A stretch of DNA of 43,658 nucleotides. Origin: Limisphaerales bacterium. GTDB lineage: Bacteria; Verrucomicrobiota; Verrucomicrobiia; Limisphaerales; SXTU01. Position numbers and translations under genes: made by a program. Under the pieces are notes generated by a model. It worked only from the letters and a program-made list of their open reading frames with translations. It made no database searches and was not told the DNA's origin. The DNA is taken from NCBI GenBank assembly GCA_041666725.1, contig JBAYGL010000001.1, positions 1 through 43,658 of the forward strand, read 5' to 3'. Shown one piece after another: positions 1-8,733 of this stretch (positions within the stretch are counted from its first letter, which is position 1; every line of letters begins with the position of its first letter).

Positions 1-520
1 CCCACGCCACGCCCGGCGGCAGCGGGCGCAGGAACAACACGCCCTGCGCAATGTATTCCGTGACCCAGTGGAGCTTCGGGAACTGGCTGGCCGTGAGCAG
101 CTCCTTCGGGCGGTGCGCGAACTGCGCGCCCGGAGCGCGTTCGACTTCGCAGCCGAGGAAGGTCGCCTGTCCGCGGACGTCCGCCGCCGGGCCCAGCTTC
201 ACCCGGCCGAACATCACGACGAGGTTGCGGGTGACCGTGCCGTTGATGACAACATCGCTGCCAAGGCATGTGAAATCCCTGTGGACCAGTCCGTCCAGCG
301 TCCCGCGTCCCAGCACCACCACCGCGTTGTCGGCCTCCTCGCCCGCGCCGAGCTTCAAGTCGGTCAGGATGCGGACCATGTCCTCGGCCGTGGCCCCGGG
401 CTCCGGCCCGGCGGAATGGGATGGCCTGCCGGTGTCCTGGGCGGACCCGAGCGACGTGAGCAGCGGCAGAAGCGCGGCGGCAAACAGCAGCCGGCGCAAT
501 CGGTGAACAGCGGGGATCAT
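1..520 (-). CDS. hypothetical secreted protein, N-terminal part only (gene runs off the left edge)
   Basis: Manual minus-strand translation from ATG (cat at 518-520) gives MIPAVHRLRRLLFAAALLPLLTSLGSAQDTGRPSH..., a signal-peptide-like N-terminus. I saw no in-frame stop down to position 1, which explains its absence from the ORF track. It starts 10 nt after the anti-sigma stop, so it is likely the third gene of that operon. Confidence 0.5.
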   Translation of the reverse strand, partial: MIPAVHRLRRLLFAAALLPLLTSLGSAQDTGRPSHSAGPEPGATAEDMVRILTDLKLGAGEEADNAVVVLGRGTLDGLVHRDFTCLGSDVVINGTVTRNLVVMFGRVKLGPAADVRGQATFLGCEVERAPGAQFAHRPKELLTASQFPKLHWVTEYIAQGVLFLRPLPPGVAW

Positions 521-530
521 GGTGAAAAAC

Positions 531-974
531 TTACCGGCGTTGCAGGGTGTAGCGGAAGAAAACCGTCCCGAGCGCGATGGTGCAGAGATACGAGGCCGCG
601 AGCAGCACCCCGCCCGAGATCAGGGCCGCAGCCGGCACTGAACGGCCCATCACCATCAATGCGTTGCCAAGCGTGCCTGCCACGCCCCACGCCTCCGCCG
701 CCGAACCGGCCAGGCGCAGCAGAACATCCAGATTCATGACCAGCAGGGTGATGCCCCCGAGCGTGGCCACCGCCAGCCCGGCCGCCAGTCCGGACAACCG
801 GCGCGCCGCGCGCGGCCACTCGAACCAGCTCCGTTCCCACCAGGCGGGCCGCCCGGCGGCCGCGAGCGCGGCGATCACCCGTGGCAGCAGCTCGGCGGGG
901 GCGCTGTGCAGTGGAAGTTGCCGCAGCTCGTGGTGAAGTGCGGAGGTCAGCTGATCTTCAGGTTCCGGATGCAT
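531..974 (-). CDS. putative anti-sigma factor (membrane protein)
   Basis: Internal ATG (cat 972-974) of ORF 531..1049(-): MHPEPEDQLTSALHHELRQLPLHSAPAELLPRVIAAL..., followed by hydrophobic segments. It overlaps the upstream ECF sigma gene end by 17 nt, suggesting translational coupling. The call rests on position and topology only. Confidence 0.6.
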   Translation of the reverse strand: MHPEPEDQLTSALHHELRQLPLHSAPAELLPRVIAALAAAGRPAWWERSWFEWPRAARRLSGLAAGLAVATLGGITLLVMNLDVLLRLAGSAAEAWGVAGTLGNALMVMGRSVPAAALISGGVLLAASYLCTIALGTVFFRYTLQRR

Positions 975-1554
975 GTTTGGACGGGGCTTGGGTTGAGGGG
1001 GTCGCGTGGCGCGGGGTGAGTTCGCCTTCGGCGCTGAGTTGCAGCGCACGGCGGAGCGCGTCGCGTCCGCGATGGATGTCGGTCTTCACCTTGCCGAGGG
1101 AGATGCGGAGCTGCCGGGCGATGTCTTCGTAGCTCATCTCCTCGAAGTGGTAGAGCACCAGCGGCACGCGCTGTTGCACGGGCAGCCGTTGCAATGCCCG
1201 TTCCAGCATGGCGCGTCGTGCGTCGGCGTCGTGCTGGGCCGGGTCGGCGGCGGGGGCGGGCAGGGAGGCGCTGAACTCCTCGCCGGTGGCGGGGTTGTCC
1301 AGCTCGGAGAAGAACCGCCAGCGGGCGCGGTAGCGTTCGAGGTGGTTGAGGCAGAGGTTGCGGGCGACCGTCCTGAGCCAGCCGGCGGCGCGCTCGTTGT
1401 CGCGAAGCTCGGCGAAGTGTGCGTGCGCCCGGAGGAAGACCTCCTGCGACACGTCGGCCGCGTCGGCCTCGCGGGCGAGCAGGCGGACGGCAATCGAAAA
1501 GACCATGTCCTGGTGGCGGCGCATGAATGCTTCGAACTCGCTGATGTCTGTCAT
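958..1554 (-). CDS. ECF-type RNA polymerase sigma-70 family factor
   Basis: C-terminal part of ORF-track entry 958..3558(-), with ATG at 1552-1554: MTDISEFEAFMRRHQDMVFSIAVRLL.... Region 2-like DVSQEVFLRAHAHF and region 4 HTH MSYEDIARQLRISLGKVKTDIHRGRDAL are present. About 198 aa, a typical ECF size. Confidence 0.9.
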   Translation of the reverse strand: MTDISEFEAFMRRHQDMVFSIAVRLLAREADAADVSQEVFLRAHAHFAELRDNERAAGWLRTVARNLCLNHLERYRARWRFFSELDNPATGEEFSASLPAPAADPAQHDADARRAMLERALQRLPVQQRVPLVLYHFEEMSYEDIARQLRISLGKVKTDIHRGRDALRRALQLSAEGELTPRHATPSTQAPSKHASGT

Positions 1555-1635
1555 GGCGGCCCCGACCCGGTGTCCGGGGCACTCTAACTGAACAACCCGC
1601 AGAGGGGGGAGAAGTTTCAGCTCCCGTCTGACTTC

Positions 1636-1699
1636 TGCTCGTAATCCTGCTCCGGTCCTTGCTCCCGGGAGAGCAAGAGCAGGATTAGGATTGCGAGCA
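1636..1699. repeat. imperfect hairpin of the hexamer-periodic AGGATT/ACGAGC family (family E), copy 1
   Basis: tgctcgtaatcctgc...ccggga...gcaggattaggattgcgagca. The outer and inner arm segments are complementary. It lies in the divergent spacer between the sigma gene and the helicase. Related copies are at 18754-18835 and 27002-27093. Confidence 0.65.
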
Positions 1700-1749
1700 C
1701 GAGGGAAGAATGCCGTTACTCTTTCGCGGGCTTGGCTTAATCTCCCGCC

Positions 1750-4512
1750 GTGTCTTCCCACGAGGAACAATCCGCCGGCCCGCCGGCCTTCAACCAGGTC
1801 ACGGTCCCGGACCTGTGGCAGCAGCAGGCTGTCACCGCGTTGCGCGCGGGCAAGGACGTGGTCGTTCACGCGCCGACCGGCTCGGGCAAGACGCTTGTCT
1901 TCGAACTGTGGTCGAACTTCGGCAAGCCGCACGGGCAGGCCATCTACACCGTGCCGACGCGCGCGCTGGCGAACGACAAGCTCGCCGAGTGGCGAGCGCG
2001 CGGCTGGCATGTGGGCATCGCCACCGGCGACCTGAGCGAGAATCTCGACGCGCCCATCCTCGTCGCCACGCTCGAGACGCAGAAATACCGGCTCATACGC
2101 GGCGACGGCCCGGCGCTGCTGGTGATCGACGAGTATCAGATGCTCGCCGACGGCGACCGTGGCCTGAACTACGAACTCGCCATCGCGATGGCCCCGCCGC
2201 AGACGCGCCTGCTGCTCCTGAGCGGCAGCGTGGAGAACCCGCACCACATCGTGAAGTGGCTGGAGCGGCTCGGACGCAAGGCGCAGCTCGTCCGGCACCT
2301 GCACCGGCCCGTGCCGCTGGAGGAAGTCCACGCCAACGACCTGAGCGTCCACGTCCCCAGCGAGGTGAAGGGCTACTGGCCGCGTCTCGTGGCAAAGGCG
2401 CTCGCCGACGACCTGGGGCCGGTTCTGATTTTCGCGCCCCGTCGCAAGGAGACGGAAGCCCTCGCCGGCGAACTTGCGCGGTTCCTCCCGAATCACAACC
2501 CGCTCACACTCACAACAGAGCAGAAGACGCTCGTCGGCGAGAAGGTCGCGCGGATGTTGCGCTGCCGTGTCGCATATCACCACAGCGGCTTGAGCTACGG
2601 TGCGCGCGCCGGAGTCATCGAGCCGCTGACCAAGGCGGGGCAGTTGCGCGTCGTGGTCGCCACCATGGGGCTGGCGGCGGGCATCAACTTCTCGCTGCGC
2701 AGCGTTGCGCTGGCGGCGGATTCGTATCGGCGCGATGGCGTGGAGATACCGATCCGGCCTGATGAAATTTTGCAGATGTTCGGACGTGCGGGCCGGCGTG
2801 GAATCGACGAGGTGGGTTACGTGCTGGTGTCGGCCAACGGTGTCCGCCTGATTGACGGTCGTCCGGCCTTTCTCGCGCGGTCGGGCCTTGTGGATTGGAG
2901 CGCGCTCCTGGGGATAATGGGCGCGGCGGCGCAGGCGGGGCTGGACCCGTTCGGCGAGGCGGTGCGCGTGCAGGAACGGCTGTTCACGACGAAGCCGATC
3001 CTGCTGGGCGTGGAAGGCGCGCTGAAAAATCCCGACACGCCCTGCGGCCTCAAGACTGACGGTGAACGCGCCCGGCATGTGCGCAAGATGGTGCGGCAGT
3101 TTCTGAACAGCCGGGGCGAATGGGAGGCGTGGCCCGCGCTCAGGGACGTGCCGGCGGAGCGCGTGCAGGTGATGGAGCCGCTCGGCGAAGGCGTGCTGGC
3201 CATGTTGAAGATGAGCGGGCCGGTCGCCGCCCGCCGGCGCGCGACGACGGCGGACGTGCTCGGTGCGGCCTTGGTGGGGCGAGACTCTGTCGAGCCCCGT
3301 TCCCAGCGCAGCGAGGCGAGTGGAGCGAGCATCTCGGCAGAACCTCACGACCAAGATGCTCGCTTTGCTCGCGCCGACTCCGTCGGCAGTCAGGGCTCGA
3401 CAGAGTCTCGCCCTGCCGAGTCCACGATTCACCTCCGGCCTGCGCTTGCAGTTGAGTCCGCCGTCGAGAAACTCGGCGAAGGCGGGACGCTGGTGAAGCT
3501 GCCGGACGGGACGTTCGCCCGTTCGCTCGCGGTGGCGGACGTGTTGAACGGCCGGCAAATCCTGCTCGCGAAGTGGGTGCGCAAACTGACGGACTGGAAC
3601 GCCCGGCAGACTTCATTGCAGAGCTGGCGCGAACTGGTCGTGCCCGCGCTGGAAAAGTGTTTCTCGGCCGAGAAGACGCCGGTGCTGGCCGTCGAGTATC
3701 CGAAGGCGACGCGGTTGAAGGATGAGTTCGCCGAGCATGTGCCGGAGGTTGGCCTCGGGCCTGTGCGTGCCGTGGTATCGCTCGGCCAGCTCACGCTCAA
3801 GGCCTGTGTGGACGCCCACGGCGTCGCGCTGTGGAAGCCGCCGGAGCGCGAGGTCTTCCCGGAGGACTGCGCGCGCTGCCCCTGCGTGCCGCTCTGCAAA
3901 CAGCTCCCCACCGGCACCGGCGTTGCCACGATCTGGCGGCGGCTCGGCCTCGTGGACGCGGCGGGGGTGCCGACGCGGCGCGGGCGCATCGTGAGCTTCT
4001 TCCACTCCGGCGACGGCCTCGCGGTCGCCGCGGCGCTGGAAGACGAGTCGCTGCCCATCGAGGAATTGAGCTACGAACTGGCGAACCTGCACGCGGGCCA
4101 CCGCTTCGCGAAGGGTGACGCACGCTGGGACGGGCGCATCGCGCTGGCCTGCCAGCGGCTCTTTGGCCCGCAGACTTTCACCGGTTATCTGGACAACGGT
4201 GTGCCGCCGGAATACGGCGCGGGTGCCGAGGAGATCGCGGCGGACGTGCATCGCGACCCGCTGGGTAAGAACGGCTGGACGACGGACTTTCTGGGCATCG
4301 GGGACATTGACCGGATGATCATCGAATGGCGCAGCGTGCTGCGGCAGATCGCGCACGCACCGGACCTGGAATGGCCCCGCTGGCAGGCGCTGAAGGACCG
4401 CGCCAAGGCCATCCTGCGCGAGACCGACTCGCCGACGCTGACGGACCTGCCGCCGCTGGAACACGCGCAGACCAGGCGCGTGAACCACCAGCTCTCGCTT
4501 CGGCGGCACTGA
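1750..4512 (+). CDS. Ski2-like (HelY-type) DEAD/DEAH-box SF2 helicase with ~500-aa C-terminal extension
   Basis: GTG start at 1750. Motifs: I APTGSGKT, II DEYQ, III SGS, ATMGLAAGINF, VI QMFGRAGRRG. The C-terminal half has a Cys cluster (CARCPCVPLC). It contains an in-frame palindromic element at 3274-3416. Confidence 0.85.
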   Translation: MSSHEEQSAGPPAFNQVTVPDLWQQQAVTALRAGKDVVVHAPTGSGKTLVFELWSNFGKPHGQAIYTVPTRALANDKLAEWRARGWHVGIATGDLSENLDAPILVATLETQKYRLIRGDGPALLVIDEYQMLADGDRGLNYELAIAMAPPQTRLLLLSGSVENPHHIVKWLERLGRKAQLVRHLHRPVPLEEVHANDLSVHVPSEVKGYWPRLVAKALADDLGPVLIFAPRRKETEALAGELARFLPNHNPLTLTTEQKTLVGEKVARMLRCRVAYHHSGLSYGARAGVIEPLTKAGQLRVVVATMGLAAGINFSLRSVALAADSYRRDGVEIPIRPDEILQMFGRAGRRGIDEVGYVLVSANGVRLIDGRPAFLARSGLVDWSALLGIMGAAAQAGLDPFGEAVRVQERLFTTKPILLGVEGALKNPDTPCGLKTDGERARHVRKMVRQFLNSRGEWEAWPALRDVPAERVQVMEPLGEGVLAMLKMSGPVAARRRATTADVLGAALVGRDSVEPRSQRSEASGASISAEPHDQDARFARADSVGSQGSTESRPAESTIHLRPALAVESAVEKLGEGGTLVKLPDGTFARSLAVADVLNGRQILLAKWVRKLTDWNARQTSLQSWRELVVPALEKCFSAEKTPVLAVEYPKATRLKDEFAEHVPEVGLGPVRAVVSLGQLTLKACVDAHGVALWKPPEREVFPEDCARCPCVPLCKQLPTGTGVATIWRRLGLVDAAGVPTRRGRIVSFFHSGDGLAVAAALEDESLPIEELSYELANLHAGHRFAKGDARWDGRIALACQRLFGPQTFTGYLDNGVPPEYGAGAEEIAADVHRDPLGKNGWTTDFLGIGDIDRMIIEWRSVLRQIAHAPDLEWPRWQALKDRAKAILRETDSPTLTDLPPLEHAQTRRVNHQLSLRRH
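3274..3416. repeat. family A palindromic element (GTRGGGCGAGACTCYGTCGAGCCC...) located inside the helicase ORF
   Basis: Perfect 21-bp inverted repeat 3277-3297 / 3393-3413 (gggcgagactctgtcgagccc / gggctcgacagagtctcgccc), plus inner 11-bp arms 3324-3334 / 3354-3364. A second copy of the same family is intergenic at 22786-23121. Confidence 0.85.
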
Positions 4513-4647
4513 GCCGCGTCAATCCCGCCGGACCTGTGCCGGCCGGCACCAGACCCGCCTGCGGTGGAATCATTGTGAACGGCAGGACCGGGCCCCGCGT
4601 TTTGAAAAAAGTCTTCCGCCCCGCCGTCGCAAGTCTATGCTCGCCGC

Positions 4648-5166
4648 ATGGGAATGCGACGAGAGGCGCGGGAACGCGCCGTTCAGTTCCTCTTTCAATG
4701 CGATTTGAACGCCCCGGACAAACTGGACGAGGCGCTTGATCACTTTTGGGATTCACAACGCCGCGCCGCGCTCGCGCAGGCATCGGATGGCAAGGCCACC
4801 TGGGGCGAGCAGGTTGAGCTGCCGCCGCCCACCACCGGCGAGGCCGCGATCCGGCTCTTTGCCGATCCGCTCATCAAGGGCACGCTCCAGCACCGCGCCG
4901 AGGCCGACGCGGTCATCGAGAAACACGCGAAAAACTGGAACATCTCCCGCATGGCCGCCGTGGACCGGAACATCCTCCGGCTCGCCATCTTCGAGATGCT
5001 GCACCGCGACGACATCCCGCCCGTGGTCAGCATCAACGAGGCCGTGGACATCGCGAAGAAATTCTCCACCGACGACAGCGGCAAGTTCGTAAACGGCATC
5101 CTCGACAAGGTGCGCGGGGAACTCATGCGCCCCGCGCGCGGCCCGGTGCCCCCGCACAAGCCCTAG
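4648..5166 (+). CDS. nusB: transcription antitermination factor NusB
   Basis: ATG at 4648. RREARERAVQFLFQ..., NWNISRMAAVDRNILRLAIFEML and SINEAVDIAKKFSTDDSGKFVNGILDKV are typical NusB motifs. Confidence 0.9.
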   Translation: MGMRREARERAVQFLFQCDLNAPDKLDEALDHFWDSQRRAALAQASDGKATWGEQVELPPPTTGEAAIRLFADPLIKGTLQHRAEADAVIEKHAKNWNISRMAAVDRNILRLAIFEMLHRDDIPPVVSINEAVDIAKKFSTDDSGKFVNGILDKVRGELMRPARGPVPPHKP

Positions 5167-5172
5167 GCCGCC

Positions 5173-6012
5173 ATGTTCGCCGACCTGCACATGCACACGA
5201 CCTTCTCGGACGGGACGTTCTCCCCCGAAGAGATGGCGCGGGCGGCGCACCAGCACCGCCTTGCCTGCGTGGCGCTCACCGACCACGACACCATCGCCGG
5301 CTGCGCGCGCATGGCCGCCGAGTGCGCGCGGCTTGGCATCGAGTTCATCAATGCGACGGAGCTGACGGGCGAGATTGACGGCGTGGAGGTGCACATCCTC
5401 GGTTACTTTCTGGACCCGGCGGACGAGGGTTTTCTCGCGAGCCTGGTGAAGTTCCAGCACGCACGGCAGCAGCGCATCCACGAGATGGCGGCACGCCTGC
5501 AGGCGCAGGGCGTTCCGCTCCAGGCCGAGGCGGTGTTCGCCATCGCCAAGTGCGAGTCGCCGGGCCGTCCGCACGTCGCGCGCGCTCTCGTGCAGGCGGG
5601 CCTTTGCACCTCAATGGACGAGGCCTTTGAGCGCTTCCTCAAGAAGCACCGGCCCGCGTGGGTGCCGAAGTTCAAGATTTCCGCCCGCGAGGCCATCAAG
5701 CTGATCCATCAGGCCGGCGGCGCTGCGGTGATCGCGCATCCCGCGCTCAACAAGAGCGACGAGATCATCCCGTCGCTCGTCGCCGCGGGCGTGGACGGGA
5801 TCGAATGCTTTCACACGCGCCACTCCACCGCCGCCTGCGAGCACTACATGCTCATGGCCGAGCAATACGGCCTGGCCATCACCGGCGGGTCCGACTGCCA
5901 CGGCATGAACAAGGGCCGCCCGCTCATGGGCGGCATCAAGCTGCCGGTCATCCACGTCCGCCAGCTTGAGGAGCGCGCCCGCCGCCTCCGCGAAAAATCG
6001 CTGACGGCGTGA
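5173..6012 (+). CDS. PHP-domain metal-dependent phosphoesterase (TrpH/YciV-like)
   Basis: MFADLHMHTTFSDGT (HxH motif), ALTDHDT, CFHTRH and GGSDCHG are PHP motifs. It starts 7 nt after the nusB stop. Confidence 0.85.
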   Translation: MFADLHMHTTFSDGTFSPEEMARAAHQHRLACVALTDHDTIAGCARMAAECARLGIEFINATELTGEIDGVEVHILGYFLDPADEGFLASLVKFQHARQQRIHEMAARLQAQGVPLQAEAVFAIAKCESPGRPHVARALVQAGLCTSMDEAFERFLKKHRPAWVPKFKISAREAIKLIHQAGGAAVIAHPALNKSDEIIPSLVAAGVDGIECFHTRHSTAACEHYMLMAEQYGLAITGGSDCHGMNKGRPLMGGIKLPVIHVRQLEERARRLREKSLTA

Positions 6013-6073
6013 CGGCCGGTTCCCCGGCTGAACCGTCCGCGCCGCTCCAACGCAAACAGCACCACCTCACCGC

Positions 6074-6988
6074 ATGGGATTGTTCTCCAAAATCAAGGAA
6101 GGCCTGCACAAGACCGCCGCCAAGCTCGGCCACGAAATCAAACGCATTGTCAGCGGTTCACCCAAGCTGACGGGCAAGACGCTTGAGGAACTGGAGCACG
6201 CGCTGCTCGGTGCCGACCTCGGCATGGCGATGACCCAGCAGATCCTGTCCGCCGTAAAGAAAGCATACGAATCGCAGGGCACCGCCGGTCTGGATGTCTT
6301 CGCCATCGCGGCGCGGGAGGTGGAACACAGCCTGTCCGCCACCAACTCCACGCTCCACCGCCAGCCGGGGGGCTTGACCGTCGTCTCCGTCGTCGGCGTC
6401 AACGGCACGGGCAAGACCACCACCACCGCCAAACTCGCGCATCTCTTACAGGGCCAAGGCAAGCCCGTCGTCCTCGCCGCCTGCGACACGTTCCGCGCCG
6501 CCGCCATTGAGCAGCTCAAGCTCTGGGGCGCGCGCCTCAAGGTCGAGGTCATCGCCGGTGCCTACAACGCCGACCCTGCCGCCGTCGCGCACGACGCCAT
6601 CACCGCTGCGACCGCACGCGGTGCGAATTATCTGATCGTGGACACCGCCGGCCGTCTGCACACCAAGAGCAACCTGATGAAGGAATTGCAGAAGGTGCAC
6701 CGCGTGATGGGCAAGCAGCTCCCCGGTGCGCCGCATGAAGTGCTGCTCGTCCTCGACGCCACCACCGGCATGAACGCCCTCCAGCAGGCGCGCGAGTTTC
6801 ACAAGGCCGTTACGCTCACCGGCCTCGTCATCACCAAGCTCGACGGCACGAGCAAGGGCGGGATGGTCGTGGCGATACAGAAAGAGCTGGGCCTGCCCAT
6901 CAAGTTCATCGGCGTCGGTGAGCAGCCCGACGACCTCCAGCCCTTCGACGCGAAGCAGTTCGCCGAGGCGCTTTTCAGCGAGAAGTGA
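6074..6988 (+). CDS. ftsY: signal recognition particle receptor FtsY
   Basis: SRP GTPase motifs [15 protein letters not shown] (G1), DTAGRLH (G3) and [10 protein letters not shown] (G4), with C-terminal [12 protein letters not shown]. Confidence 0.93.
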   Translation: MGLFSKIKEGLHKTAAKLGHEIKRIVSGSPKLTGKTLEELEHALLGADLGMAMTQQILSAVKKAYESQGTAGLDVFAIAAREVEHSLSATNSTLHRQPGGLTVVSVVGVNGTGKTTTTAKLAHLLQGQGKPVVLAACDTFRAAAIEQLKLWGARLKVEVIAGAYNADPAAVAHDAITAATARGANYLIVDTAGRLHTKSNLMKELQKVHRVMGKQLPGAPHEVLLVLDATTGMNALQQAREFHKAVTLTGLVITKLDGTSKGGMVVAIQKELGLPIKFIGVGEQPDDLQPFDAKQFAEALFSEK

Positions 6989-8003
6989 CCGGTCGGTTCA
7001 CTGCGTTCATAGCAGATTCCCCGCGCAGCAACCGCTCCAAGTCCGCGCACACCGCCTCGAACGTCCGCGTCTGCGCCTCGTAGGTGAACGAGCCGACGTG
7101 TGGCAGCAGGATGACGTTGTCCAAGTCCTCGAAGCCCGCCTCGTTTGGTGTCCACGCTTCAGCGTGTTCGGGAGCGCCAGTCCGCCTGAAGGCGGGACAC
7201 CGAACTTTAGGCGGCTCAATCTCACGCACGTCCAGCGCGGCACCGGCGAGGTGGCCGCCTTGCAACGCCGCGAGCAACGCCGTTTCATCCACCACGCCGC
7301 CGCGTGAGGTGTTCACGAAGAACGCGCCGCGCTTCATCGTGGCGAAGGTGCGCTCGTTGAACATCCGCTTCGTCTCCGGCGTGAGCGGCGAGTGCGTGGT
7401 GACGAAGTCGGCCTGGGCCAGGGCCTCTTCCAGCTTCGTGCAAAGCGTCGCCCCTGTTTCAGCCAACGTGACATCGCCCGGCTTCACGAACGGGTCGAAC
7501 ACGACGAGCCGCATCCCGAAGACCGCCGCACGCTTCGCCACGAGCCTGCCGATGCGGCCGAACCCGCAGATCGCCAGTGTCTTGCCCGCGAGTTCGATGC
7601 CCGTGCAGCCGCGCCGGTCCCAGCCGCCGGCCTTCGTTGAGCGGTCGGCCTGGGGAATCTTCCGTGCGAGCGCAAGCAGCAGACCGAGCGTGAGCTCCGC
7701 CACGCTGACCGCGTTCGCATCCAGCGGCGCGGTGACCGTGATGCCGCGTTCCGTCGCTGTCTTCAGGTCAATGTTGTCCAGCCCGACGCCCACGCGACCG
7801 ATCCCTATGAGCTTCGGTGCAGCGGCGAGCACGTCCGCCGTGAGCTGCGTCTGGTTGCGCACCATGACCGTGCGTGCGTCGGCCAAAGCGGCCTTCAACT
7901 TAGCCGCGTCCTTCCACAAAGCCGGCTCGCGCACGACGGAGAACTTCGCAGCCAGCACGTCAATCGCCGGCGCTTGCAGGTCTTCGGTGATGAGGATGTC
8001 CAT
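6975..8003 (-). CDS. D-isomer-specific 2-hydroxyacid dehydrogenase / phosphoglycerate dehydrogenase-like (no ACT domain)
   Basis: I prefer the ATG at 8001-8003 (MDILITEDLQ...) because the track's N-terminal extension MDTELRHAKAWTPNF is encoded by REP units. NAD fold GFGRIGRLVA, catalytic motifs NTSRGG, DVREIEP and LLPHVGS. Contains an in-frame REP doublet at 7143-7205. The 3' end overlaps ftsY by 14 nt (convergent). Confidence 0.8.
   Translation of the reverse strand: MDILITEDLQAPAIDVLAAKFSVVREPALWKDAAKLKAALADARTVMVRNQTQLTADVLAAAPKLIGIGRVGVGLDNIDLKTATERGITVTAPLDANAVSVAELTLGLLLALARKIPQADRSTKAGGWDRRGCTGIELAGKTLAICGFGRIGRLVAKRAAVFGMRLVVFDPFVKPGDVTLAETGATLCTKLEEALAQADFVTTHSPLTPETKRMFNERTFATMKRGAFFVNTSRGGVVDETALLAALQGGHLAGAALDVREIEPPKVRCPAFRRTGAPEHAEAWTPNEAGFEDLDNVILLPHVGSFTYEAQTRTFEAVCADLERLLRGESAMNAVNRPVTSR
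7143..7205. repeat. REP doublet (REPIN-like, two inverted 24-nt units) inside the dehydrogenase CDS
   Basis: Unit 7143-7166 is GTTTGGTGTCCACGCTTCAGCGTG. Unit 7182-7205 is the reverse complement of GTTCGGTGTCCCGCCTTCAGGCGG. The architecture matches the intergenic doublet at 39038-39097. Confidence 0.85.
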
Positions 8004-8006
8004 AAA

Positions 8007-8098
8007 GTTCGGTGTCCACGCTTTAGCGTGTCTTAGTTCGGTGTCCACCCTTCAGGGTGTCAGGCATACCGGAACACGCTAAAGCGTGGACACCAAAC
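8007..8098. repeat. REP cluster (three units) immediately downstream of the RAYT gene
   Basis: 8007-8030 GTTCGGTGTCCACGCTTTAGCGTG (forward), 8036-8059 GTTCGGTGTCCACCCTTCAGGGTG (forward), 8075-8098 CACGCTAAAGCGTGGACACCAAAC (inverted). Confidence 0.9.
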
Positions 8099-8101
8099 AA
8101 A

Positions 8102-8719
8102 TCACATCTCCGGCTCATCCCACCCTTTCCCGTATTCCAGAATTGGATATGCCTTCCATGTTTGCTCGGCGAACTCACGCCCCATTCCGGCCAGGTATTC
8201 CTGTGCGCTGGAGAACGGCCAGTCCTGCCAGCGCTCAACGTAGCCATGACGAACCGGATTGTGATGAACGTAGTTTAGCGTCGCCCAGAAATGGGCATCG
8301 TTCCTCATGTAACGCTCCGCCGCCCCGCACCAGACCTGCCGGCCGCGCTGCTGTTCCTCGCCGTTCCACTGGAAGGAAGTCTTTCCGTGGAGTTTCCCCA
8401 ATGCTCCGAGCAGTCCGGGAATGTCGCTGCTTTCAACCAGCAGGTGGTAGTGATTCGGCAGCACGCACCAGGCGTGGACCTGGGCACGACTGGCCTCCAG
8501 CAAGGTCAGCACCATTCCCGAGAATGACTCCATCCGCTCCCCGCTCGAACCAATCCACGGCTGGTGTTCGTAGCAGGCGGCCGTGACGTGATAGCGCGTA
8601 TGCTCCCCGGCACGGTGAGGTGGACGATGCCAGGGCAGACCCTGGTTTTTGCGCCACGCCATGAGTTGCTCCCTTTGATCGAGAGCAAGCTTGCGCCAAA
8701 GATAGGCTGGATTGGACAT
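8102..8719 (-). CDS. rayT: REP-associated tyrosine transposase (RAYT; IS200/IS605-like HUH enzyme)
   Basis: ATG at 8717-8719 (MSNPAYLWRKL...). The longer track ORF would overlap thrC. HUH motif in LPNHYHLLV and a catalytic-Tyr region ATLNYVHHNPVRHGYV. About 205 aa, flanked on both sides by REP units. Confidence 0.85.
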   Translation of the reverse strand: MSNPAYLWRKLALDQREQLMAWRKNQGLPWHRPPHRAGEHTRYHVTAACYEHQPWIGSSGERMESFSGMVLTLLEASRAQVHAWCVLPNHYHLLVESSDIPGLLGALGKLHGKTSFQWNGEEQQRGRQVWCGAAERYMRNDAHFWATLNYVHHNPVRHGYVERWQDWPFSSAQEYLAGMGREFAEQTWKAYPILEYGKGWDEPEM

Positions 8720-8733
8720 GAGCGCGTCTCGGA

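Noticed and set aside
958-3558. Very long antisense or alternative-frame ORFs: 958..3558(-) 866 aa, 11090..13138(-) 682 aa, 32515..34596(-) 693 aa, 41503..43299(-) 598 aa, 30338..31990(-) 550 aa, 28601..30067(-), 39838..41247(-), 25045..26448(-) and others.
   Set aside because: They lie opposite genes with clear family motifs. Their translations are Arg/Gly/Ala/Pro-rich with no recognisable motifs. Stop-poor antisense frames are expected in GC3-rich DNA. Only the last ~198 codons of 958..3558 (the ECF sigma gene) are real.
4536-4549. Perfect 14-bp palindrome GTGCCGGCCGGCAC 24 nt after the helicase stop.
   Set aside because: It could be a small hairpin or an operator upstream of nusB. However, it is short, GC-rich palindromes of this size are expected by chance in this composition, and no T tract follows.
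6975-6988. 14-nt overlap of the convergent ftsY and dehydrogenase 3' ends.
   Set aside because: Both stops are clear and the overlap is small. It is noted only because it leaves no room for a terminator, and I see nothing functional to claim.
8086-8586. ORFs or N-terminal extensions beginning MDTK/MDTE/MDTR: 8086..8586(+), 8745..8984(+), 13455..13673(+), the 5' ends of 6975..8048(-) and 39085..41403(+), and 37830..39050(-).
   Set aside because: Most of these starts are the GTGGACACC of a REP unit read as a start codon, so they are repeat-generated artefacts. 13455..13673 simply overlaps the porin gene. I used downstream ATGs with sensible N-termini instead.
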